From contig JBHLRO010000002.1 in assembly GCA_048882505.1 (NCBI GenBank), positions 180,001-212,000 on the forward strand: 32,000 nucleotides of DNA, in the 5' to 3' direction. The notes under the pieces were generated by a model. The model had not been told where the DNA came from. It searched no databases and saw nothing but the letters and a program-made list of their open reading frames with translations. Position 1 is the stretch's first letter. The number at the start of each line of letters is the position of its first letter. Below are positions 1 to 7,534 of the stretch, in pieces. Made by a program: the position numbers and the translations under genes. Source of the DNA: Candidatus Thorarchaeota archaeon (lineage in GTDB: Archaea; Asgardarchaeota; Heimdallarchaeia; Hodarchaeales; Hodarchaeaceae).

Positions 1-727
1 TTTTTATCCCTCTCTTTCTCAAAATTTCGACAAGAAAGTTGGGAAGACTGAATTCAGTTATGGGAAGGGATAGGATGGGAAGTTTCTTTTTAGATGATTG
101 ATCTAACTTTTGAACCAAAGTTAGATCACTAACGACGGGCTCCTTACTAGTCAGAACTTTAATCACTTGTTCGGTGTTATGAAAACGATCCAGCAAAGAC
201 AATGCATACTTTTTAAAACCTGGGCTACTGAGAAAAGAGACTTTTCGGGCATTTAAATCTTTTTCAAGCTCCTGGATAGCGCATGTTTTACACACTTCGC
301 GCCTATATGCCAGGTACGTATTATTGGATTTGAGGATGGAATATTTATCGGAAACGGTGCAGAACGGGCATAGGAGAACCTCTCTAATAATGGTGGCAAT
401 TTTAAAATCCTTGCAGAACTCTCGAATCCCTTGTTTTTCTTCTGTTGAAAGACCTGCAGCCAACAGAATCGTACGAGATTTTTGAAGTAACTTCTGAATC
501 GTGTCTTTGTTGGGCGGATATGGTTTCCATTTTCCGTGTTCCTCCCAATGGATCCGCCAAGGTCGCCATAAATTTCCATGCTTAAATCTATACTCGATTT
601 TTCCACGAATTAATGGTTTAGATTGATTTATTCTTCCACGAGAAAATCCTAATACTATAACTGCTGATTTTTGGGATATTGGTGCAATGATGACCGAATA
701 AATTCGGTTTATGCTTTGTGATAACAA
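1..727 (-). CDS. Archaeal superfamily II DEAD/DEAH helicase (COG1202/MJ1401-like), N-terminal part; runs off the window edge
   Basis: Not in the ORF track; translated by hand. The frame is open from TTG at 727 (GAAGGA upstream) to position 2: MLSQSINRIYSVII...EVLLCPFC...CKTCAIQELEKDL...LLDRFHNTEQVIKVL...LPITEFSLPNFLVEILRKRGIK. The CxxC...CxxC-ELE-LL.RF pattern and the 'LP..L.E.L.KRGI' lead-in to the Q motif are typical of this family. The Walker motifs lie outside the window. Confidence 0.75.
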   Translation of the reverse strand, partial: MLSQSINRIYSVIIAPISQKSAVIVLGFSRGRINQSKPLIRGKIEYRFKHGNLWRPWRIHWEEHGKWKPYPPNKDTIQKLLQKSRTILLAAGLSTEEKQGIREFCKDFKIATIIREVLLCPFCTVSDKYSILKSNNTYLAYRREVCKTCAIQELEKDLNARKVSFLSSPGFKKYALSLLDRFHNTEQVIKVLTSKEPVVSDLTLVQKLDQSSKKKLPILSLPITEFSLPNFLVEILRKRGIK

Positions 728-795
728 TATAGATCCTTCTAATGAGCAGTAGAACTTAAAACTCGCAGATAGCGAAGGCTGTGCTTATTATCCAC

Positions 796-826
796 AATAT
801 AACGGAACGCTTAAAATATAACGGAA
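796..826. repeat. 12-bp direct repeat AATATAACGGAA (796-807, 815-826) in a divergent promoter region
   Basis: Exact repeat with a 19-bp period, between the helicase start (727) and the start of the zinc-ribbon/coiled-coil pair (889). Confidence 0.6.
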
Positions 827-888
827 AGGGATGGAAGGGTAGTTAGTAGCTGTACGAGAAACATCAAGTCCTATAAGAGGTTGAAAAG

Positions 889-1371
889 GTGCCAATTTGT
901 CCAAATTGCGGATCTTATTACAGTGAAAAAGTCTGTTCATGCGTGAGTGAAGAGGATCCAAACTCCCCTGTCAAAACTATCTCAAGTGAGCAGGAGCGTA
1001 CGGTACGGATCATTAATCCAATTGAGTTGCTAGATAAAATTGAAGAGGCCGAAACCAAACTGAAAGAGTTAGATGAGGTGAAAGGAGCCAAGATTAAGAG
1101 TATGACTGACGAACTCACCCGTGAGTCAAATAAGGAGGCAGAGTTACAAGAGGAAATTGATAAAATTCAGCTTGAGATTACCCGCCTTGAAACGACACTC
1201 AATAGTGTCCTGATGAAAAAGCAGGATCTTGTTCAACAAAATGCAGGCTTGAAACATGATTTAGAGGCCTCAAAAGTTAAATTTATTAAACTAGCTGAAA
1301 TTAAAACTCAGAAAAGAGTAGAAATCGAAGATCTAAGCACGATTCTGAAAGAACAAGAAGAGGTAGAATAG
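889..1371 (+). CDS. Zinc-ribbon plus long coiled-coil protein (paralog A)
   Basis: N-terminal CPNCGSYYSEKVCSC, then about 110 aa of E/K/L/Q heptad sequence. GTG start with GAGG upstream. Confidence 0.85.
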   Translation: MPICPNCGSYYSEKVCSCVSEEDPNSPVKTISSEQERTVRIINPIELLDKIEEAETKLKELDEVKGAKIKSMTDELTRESNKEAELQEEIDKIQLEITRLETTLNSVLMKKQDLVQQNAGLKHDLEASKVKFIKLAEIKTQKRVEIEDLSTILKEQEEVE

Positions 1372-1372
1372 C

Positions 1373-1942
1373 ATGCCCAAGTGTTCTCGTTGTGGTTCCT
1401 ACTACATACGGCCACCTTGTCCAGTTTGTTCCCCCCCAGGAACTACCGATCAAATAATTGTGGATTCGGAAGATGATAAAGGGAAAACCATTCATGAATT
1501 GCAGCAGGAATTAGAAAAAATTCTCGAAAAGGTTGGAAAAAGAAAACTTGAACTGGATAATAAATCCCAAGATCTTACAAACCAATTAGAATTAGTTAGG
1601 GGACGATTCAACGATTTGAAATTATCTAAGGTGTCTTTTAAGGAGAAAATCGATTCACTAAAGAAGCAGCTGTCAACGTTGAATGAGGAAATCGCCAGCC
1701 TCGAAACCGAAAGACGCTCTCTGTTTAATGAAAAGGCATCTCTCGACACAGAGATCCGATCAAGTGAAGATGAGGTAAATCAATTGGAGGAAGAGTTCTT
1801 TTTGCTTCGAAAACAAATGGAATCCCGACAACAGGCTCAGGTAGAAGCGGAACAGCAGACTCACGAAGACGAACCTCCGCACATCGAAGATCGACCCGAT
1901 TCTTCCTCTGGGACGTCTTCAGAACCACCTGAGGAAGGTTGA
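1373..1942 (+). CDS. Zinc-ribbon plus long coiled-coil protein with acidic/Pro tail (paralog B)
   Basis: N-terminal CSRCGSYYIRPPCPVC, heptad coiled coil, acidic low-complexity C-terminus. Starts 1 nt after the stop of paralog A. Confidence 0.85.
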   Translation: MPKCSRCGSYYIRPPCPVCSPPGTTDQIIVDSEDDKGKTIHELQQELEKILEKVGKRKLELDNKSQDLTNQLELVRGRFNDLKLSKVSFKEKIDSLKKQLSTLNEEIASLETERRSLFNEKASLDTEIRSSEDEVNQLEEEFFLLRKQMESRQQAQVEAEQQTHEDEPPHIEDRPDSSSGTSSEPPEEG

Positions 1943-2039
1943 GCGCTGTCTTTCTTAATTATTTTCACCATACAGGTTTATTCTTATCGTAGATATATCT
2001 TCAACGTTTAATCCAAGCAATTCAGGGCTGGATGTTTTT

Positions 2040-2456
2040 TTGCAGGAATTAGTAAAATTTCATAAAGAATTCTCTTCCTATGAATTTACCACTACCGTTT
2101 ATACAAAAGGCCGTTTTTCCGCAAAACAAGGCCTTATCATCAATATAACATCACCAAATGACCATTTGGGGGGACTTGGGATTGGAGTTCCCTATATTAG
2201 GAGTAATGGCAATGAAAGCGCGAATTGCAGTAGCTTTTCATTTCCTTCCCATCGTGATGGCGAGTTGGCCGGTAAAATCGCCCAGATCGTTGCGAAGTAT
2301 ACACGTCGGTATACCTTGGTCATACTTGGCATGACTCTCCCTCAGTTGAGTGTCTCTCGACTCCACGATTTGACACGTTTTTTTGAAGACTGGTTCCGAG
2401 ATATCTGTCAAAAATTGGTTAACGGAGCCTTTTTACGTTCAGATACAGGAGAATGA
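2040..2456 (+). CDS. LpdD-like / proteasome assembly chaperone 4 (PAC4)-fold protein
   Basis: Motifs HLGGLGIG, SFSFPSHRDGELA.KIA and VILGM match the family pattern HIGAV...PGHKD..LA...VV..GIH. TTG start. Confidence 0.6.
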   Translation: MQELVKFHKEFSSYEFTTTVYTKGRFSAKQGLIINITSPNDHLGGLGIGVPYIRSNGNESANCSSFSFPSHRDGELAGKIAQIVAKYTRRYTLVILGMTLPQLSVSRLHDLTRFFEDWFRDICQKLVNGAFLRSDTGE

Positions 2457-5400
2457 TTCCAATGATAGCGGCTCCAATGATAGCAGCCTCATGAAGTTGA
2501 ATGAAGCCTTGTGGTGAAAAGGTATCAACGACTTTGAAGCCTGGGGATAATTCTCCTATTTCAAGGTGATCATGAACAGCGGTCCATGTGAATATTGTAA
2601 TCTGATAGTCTCCTGGGTTAAGTGCGAAATATGGAACTGTGATCCTATAGGTCGTGATCCCACTGGTGCTTTGGCTGGTTGTAATACTAGGTAGAGATTG
2701 ATTTAGCACTCCCACACTCCCCTGAATGTCCAATATGCCATAAAGATTCAAATCAGAAACCGCTATGTCGGTCTCGAAAGCAATGTTGTAAACCTCAAAC
2801 TCAATTGTTAGAATTGTTGTTGAGTCACGGGCATAGGTAGGTAATCCGGAGGCCACTATGGTTTCCGGGTAGGCCACATTTCTCAGCGTCAAGTCTCCTA
2901 GTAAAGTAAAATTGTAGCCTGCATTTAAGGAATGATCTACAAAATCGTGTAAATTCACATATGAATTATTCCAGTCCGATTTAATCTGAAAGCGTGTTCC
3001 ATAGGTTCCGGATGCTAAATTTGGGTTAATAAGACCTTTAAAAACGATTAAATGATTGGAATAAGCAGTTTGGAATATTTGAAGATAAATTGAAGGCTGA
3101 GAATTGTTTACCAATCCTCCTTGAACCACAACAGTAGTGTTTGTGATATTATTAATGTTAGTAGGTGTTTTAAAACCTACCGTGATATTTAGTGAGATTT
3201 CTTCTCCAACATAGATATCATTACTCTTAAGCAAAGCCAAGCTGCGATAATCTGTCTGAAAGGATTTTGGAACCAGAATGGGGACGCCCCCGATGAATAC
3301 CGCTTGGAGACTTTCATTCCGTACAACCGTTGGTTGCACCGAAGTCGATGTGTTCCACGAGAAATGGACAGAAGTATTATACCAGCCATATAGTAAGCGA
3401 GTTGGACATGTTCCACTGGTAGAATAAACGTTACCTGCAAAATATTCCAAAGGAAGAGAAAAAACTTCCAAATTAGTAGAATTACTAGTAAAAACTAAAG
3501 TAGCATTGGCTTTGGGAGTAAACTGGCCATTAGTATACTTCAAGGAAATGTTCAGGTTCATTATTTGCCCAGGATAATATTTTGGAAGTTTCGAGATGTT
3601 GAAGAGGGACACAGTATCGGTAACTTCGATGAGCGTCGTTACAGAGAAATTGAAGGCAGCCTGAGCAAAAGTACTTGTAATCGTCCATGTGCCTAATAGA
3701 GCTTGCTTTGAAAAGTTCAGGAAGAAAGAAACCGCACCCGTTGTTACATTAATTAGTTCAGAGGTGATAATATTAGTTTGAAATTCATCAGGAGTTGTCA
3801 GATCTACGCTTATAGTTCCTGTAGTAATATTGTAGGTTTTAAAGTCTATTACGGACTGATTTTGGACGAAAATGGTGGTTGTAACGTTGTCACCAGGTTT
3901 AATGTCTGATATAGAGAATTTCACGTTAGGTAAATATCCTACAAAGACAGAGGTATTCAGAAGATACGTCGGAGCCCGGATAATGGGCAAATCTCTAATA
4001 GAAATCATATTAATCAGACGATGTATTCCTAAAGTCCAATTAAATGTACCAGCGGAATCATTTTCAAGATTGGAAATATATATTGCTTCTGTTTTTCCCG
4101 CAAAGGCTGGATTCGTTTCAGTGTAATCCCTGTGTGTAATATTCCAATTATCCAAAGTGGTACTCAAACTTAAAGCTCCATGACTTTGATAATTGTATAG
4201 CTTGAAGGTTTGTGTTAGTTCAGCCGTCTTTCCCTGAATGATGAAGTCAGATCTATTCAATATGGGATCGTTTTGAAAATGGGAGGTCTCTAAGGAGACA
4301 TCAATGGAATTGAAAATGTCTCCGGATAAGAGAAGAGTCAGGACGGCGTAAAATGTGTCATGAATGTTCACCAATTTATTAGATTGTCCGATGCCAAATG
4401 TGAGATTATTTGGGGCAAACCCCCCAATCTGATTCAATTCTAATTCTGAATATGTCCGGTTTTCTCTCTGCAGAAACTGGGAGGAATTGATAAAGATCAT
4501 GGTATTTGTGTGATTGATTTCATTAGTGGCATTAAATAGATTCAAAATAGCATATCCCAGCCCCGTTTCTGCCATTGTAGCATGTTCTGAATTCCCAAAA
4601 CCACCTTTGGTGGGGCCGCTTGTCTTTATCTGAGTCTTTAACCAATTTTTGGTTGAGCTTTCAAAAGTCGCAAGTGCGGCTGGTAACGGCGGACCAACAA
4701 TTTTTGAATAATACTCTAAGATCTCGATTGAACGGAGAGCATACCACGTGTCTTCTATGGGTGTTCTGTACGGATGAGACATGTGAAAAAATGAACTATT
4801 TATACGGTTACTTGAAATAAAATTGAAAATGTCAACAGAATAATTCGTCATGAAATCTAACACAGTCTGGTTGACAATGGGAGTAATTGTTGCATCGAAG
4901 AGCTCAGGCACAATGACAATTTTACGAATTAAATCCAAAATTGTCAGGGCCTGAAAAGTAGCCTTTAAGGAGGCATTTTGCCCCACCTCATGAAAACGAA
5001 TCGTGTCCTTATTGAAAGTTTTGTTGTATACGAAGTCTAGTAAACCCACGGCCCATTCTATCAACCTGGGTTCATCCATAATCCACAAAGATATTGTAAC
5101 CCCAAATGATCCCTCTAGGGTGGGAGTATCCACATCTGGGGTTAAACGAAAGCCTCCTGACTCAGCTTCGTCTTTAAGGTCGAGTGTAAGTTGAGTAGCA
5201 ATATTACTCTCTTCGTTCTGCCAATCTGAGCCATAAAAATAGTAATCCAGACCGAGATATCGGATGATGGCAAGACCATTATAGGTGGCAGTAGATGTCA
5301 AAAAGCCGTCTTTGGTTTCCGAAAACATCCCATTACTAAACTGGTACAACGTGTGCATATACTCATCTAGGCTTTCTATGTCAAAACTAGTAAAATTTTT

Positions 5401-5607
5401 ATTGGAATTCGATTGATGGCTTTGAATTTCTCTCCTAATAGCATTGGGAACGGGAGTGACAAGAGGTTTTTGTTTATACTGGTTTATTGGCGAGGATGAC
5501 CGTGAAATCCAGGTCTCGCCAGGGAACAAAGAAACAAGAAGCAGAAAAACGATGACCACCGTGATGAGCTCCTGAAAAGCCCTACGGGGAGCTTTAATCG
5601 CTATCAT
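2419..5607 (-). CDS. Large secreted, membrane-anchored protein: prenyltransferase/squalene-cyclase-like alpha/alpha toroid repeats, Ig-like beta domains and a C-terminal TM helix
   Basis: Signal-like hydrophobic segment (ITVVIVFLLLVSLFPG). Repeated GGF motifs (ESGGF, TKGGF, IGGF) with 'T..AL..L' helices. T/N/S-rich beta region with many N-x-S/T sequons. TM AAIIGAAIIGIILLYL followed by the basic tail VKRLR. Start moved from 5817 to ATG 5607 (or 5634) because of the signal peptide and the opposite-strand gene. Confidence 0.8.
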   Translation of the reverse strand: MIAIKAPRRAFQELITVVIVFLLLVSLFPGETWISRSSSPINQYKQKPLVTPVPNAIRREIQSHQSNSNKNFTSFDIESLDEYMHTLYQFSNGMFSETKDGFLTSTATYNGLAIIRYLGLDYYFYGSDWQNEESNIATQLTLDLKDEAESGGFRLTPDVDTPTLEGSFGVTISLWIMDEPRLIEWAVGLLDFVYNKTFNKDTIRFHEVGQNASLKATFQALTILDLIRKIVIVPELFDATITPIVNQTVLDFMTNYSVDIFNFISSNRINSSFFHMSHPYRTPIEDTWYALRSIEILEYYSKIVGPPLPAALATFESSTKNWLKTQIKTSGPTKGGFGNSEHATMAETGLGYAILNLFNATNEINHTNTMIFINSSQFLQRENRTYSELELNQIGGFAPNNLTFGIGQSNKLVNIHDTFYAVLTLLLSGDIFNSIDVSLETSHFQNDPILNRSDFIIQGKTAELTQTFKLYNYQSHGALSLSTTLDNWNITHRDYTETNPAFAGKTEAIYISNLENDSAGTFNWTLGIHRLINMISIRDLPIIRAPTYLLNTSVFVGYLPNVKFSISDIKPGDNVTTTIFVQNQSVIDFKTYNITTGTISVDLTTPDEFQTNIITSELINVTTGAVSFFLNFSKQALLGTWTITSTFAQAAFNFSVTTLIEVTDTVSLFNISKLPKYYPGQIMNLNISLKYTNGQFTPKANATLVFTSNSTNLEVFSLPLEYFAGNVYSTSGTCPTRLLYGWYNTSVHFSWNTSTSVQPTVVRNESLQAVFIGGVPILVPKSFQTDYRSLALLKSNDIYVGEEISLNITVGFKTPTNINNITNTTVVVQGGLVNNSQPSIYLQIFQTAYSNHLIVFKGLINPNLASGTYGTRFQIKSDWNNSYVNLHDFVDHSLNAGYNFTLLGDLTLRNVAYPETIVASGLPTYARDSTTILTIEFEVYNIAFETDIAVSDLNLYGILDIQGSVGVLNQSLPSITTSQSTSGITTYRITVPYFALNPGDYQITIFTWTAVHDHLEIGELSPGFKVVDTFSPQGFIQLHEAAIIGAAIIGIILLYLNVKRLR

Positions 5608-5853
5608 GCTAAATTTACACCGGATATCTATCATGGATCTGGTTAACTTTGTGAATCCAGCCCAAAAAAGTTGGCTTTCTTTGTGTTTATACAAGTTAAG
5701 GGCCAGGTGGTTAAAGTGAAAAATCTTAAGTAAATTGCCATTGTAAAGTAAAATGACCTGGTGGTCCAAAGTAATGCGGGACGAAAAGCCGTGAAAGGTA
5801 GAAATCTTGAAGAACAAATGCGATTGTCCTTGAGGGCGATTTTATCAAAACAA

Positions 5854-6195
5854 ATGACCAGCAATAATAATGATTCGCAAGCACATCGGGTCGTGGCCTC
5901 ATTTGTATCCGACGAGAGTGGGTTTCCTTTAACTGGGTTGAAAAGGAGTGAAAACAGAATTGTGGATATGGAACTGGATGAATTCGAACAAATGAGCGCA
6001 GTTATCCCTCAGATTTGGGAACAATGCCAACCCTCGCTACAAGGTCTAGATTTTTTATCCGAGGCAAATGAAGAAGGGGAGATCAACCATTTAACAATTG
6101 GGTTCAAGAGGAAAGAAGAGGCATCTCCTCTTCTTGAACTAATGGTGACACGCCTAGAGGAACTGTTTCTCTCCTCTGTATATTATGCCAAATAA
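5854..6195 (+). CDS. Roadblock/LAMTOR/profilin-like fold small protein
   Basis: VVASFVSDESGFPL beta-hairpin, EFEQMSAVIPQIWE helix and three further strands fit a Roadblock-type topology. Start at ATG 5854 preferred over 5761. Confidence 0.5.
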   Translation: MTSNNNDSQAHRVVASFVSDESGFPLTGLKRSENRIVDMELDEFEQMSAVIPQIWEQCQPSLQGLDFLSEANEEGEINHLTIGFKRKEEASPLLELMVTRLEELFLSSVYYAK

Positions 6196-6220
6196 CAAGT
6201 CGTTAGACGCAGGTGGTTAA

Positions 6221-7474
6221 ATGGCTGCCATTGACGAAATTACTGATCATATTCGGATAGTAGAAACTGAAAAGAAGGACGCGATAAAGAAAGGGTACGA
6301 ACAAAGCCGAAAACTGAGACAATCAATACAGAAAAATAACGAAAAAGTATTAGAAGGGATTGAGAAGAGTATCGAGGAGACTGATCCTCAGCTGACCGAG
6401 GAAGGTGTTCAAAGAATCACTAAAAAGGGAAAAATCTACTTTCGTTCTCTTCGAGCCATGAATAACCTAGTTCATTTCTTAAATGACCACTTTTCTAAAT
6501 TCCAAATTCCAGAAACGAACCTAGATCTGACTTATGCTGATTTATCGCAATTTATCAGGGTAATGTCACGACTACTGAATAACGTGAACGAAGAACAGGC
6601 GAAAGCAGATCAAATTATGGGCCTCGATTTTATGCTGAAGAAACGTTCTTTTTATGGACCAATAGGTAAACTCAGTGATGATTTAACAAAGCTTCGCGCC
6701 CTGAAAGATGAGGAATATCAAGCGATAAAGGCCTGCGAAGATCTAGAAGGCCTGAGGAATGATGTTGAGGATATTCTACGAAAGATCGAGGAGAAGAAAT
6801 CTGAGATTTCGATGCTACAAAAGGAAGTAGAGATATTACTAGAAGAAAAATCACAGATAGATCAGGAATATTCTTCTCTAATCGAGAATCCCGTCATCCA
6901 GGCATCACATCAACGATCTGTTCGTATGACCGAGCTGGAAATCCAGATGGGTAGACGTTTGAACTCTTTTAAGAAAGTATTTAAGAAATTTGCTCGGGAA
7001 AGTCAGCGAGGCTCAATTTCGAGCGATTTTGGGATAGTAAGTAGTGCTCTTGCTTATGAAGAAAATCCTGTGCATCAGTTTCTTCAGGAAGGCGAAGGAA
7101 ATCCAGAAATCATCGTCCTATTTGAAGAATTGATAAGTGTCGCCCCAGATCTTCGATTAAAACAAAAGGAAATCAACAACGTGCGTCAGATCCTCAAGGC
7201 CATTGAAACAGGAAAATTAGATTCAGACAAAAAAGAATGGCTTAAGCTGTCCGGTGAAAAACAAAAAGAAGCTACATCGGCAGAATTCAAAGAAGCTTAT
7301 AGCAAGCTAGAAGATACCGAAACCCGTATTAAAGATTTGGAAGAGAAATTATCAGCTAAAAATGACGAGATTGCGTTGAAAACCCGAGAAGCGGATCAAC
7401 TGTCTCAGGCGTTACAGGAGCGGAAAGAAAGGGCAGCCATAATAAGAGAAGAGGTTCTAGAGGGCACGATTTGA
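6221..7474 (+). CDS. All-helical coiled-coil protein of unknown function
   Basis: 417 aa, E/K-rich heptads, no catalytic motifs. AGGTGG RBS upstream; starts 25 nt downstream of the Roadblock-like gene. Confidence 0.8.
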   Translation: MAAIDEITDHIRIVETEKKDAIKKGYEQSRKLRQSIQKNNEKVLEGIEKSIEETDPQLTEEGVQRITKKGKIYFRSLRAMNNLVHFLNDHFSKFQIPETNLDLTYADLSQFIRVMSRLLNNVNEEQAKADQIMGLDFMLKKRSFYGPIGKLSDDLTKLRALKDEEYQAIKACEDLEGLRNDVEDILRKIEEKKSEISMLQKEVEILLEEKSQIDQEYSSLIENPVIQASHQRSVRMTELEIQMGRRLNSFKKVFKKFARESQRGSISSDFGIVSSALAYEENPVHQFLQEGEGNPEIIVLFEELISVAPDLRLKQKEINNVRQILKAIETGKLDSDKKEWLKLSGEKQKEATSAEFKEAYSKLEDTETRIKDLEEKLSAKNDEIALKTREADQLSQALQERKERAAIIREEVLEGTI

Positions 7475-7534
7475 ACTAATGGTTTTCTCTGATCTTTTTC
7501 ATCAGAAAATGCTTTGGAAAAACGGAAAGATCGC

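Noticed and set aside
253-606. 117-aa minus-strand ORF from the track
   Set aside because: It is an alternative frame inside the longer helicase frame (1-727), which carries the recognisable motifs.
2455-2490. Tandem repeat CTCCAATGATAGC
   Set aside because: It simply encodes the repeated AAIIG-AAIIG of the transmembrane helix.
5608-5817. N-terminal 70 aa of the 1132-aa ORF and first 31 aa of the 5761 ORF
   Set aside because: The two extensions overlap on opposite strands and lie before the signal peptide and the folded domain. They are most likely divergent promoter DNA.
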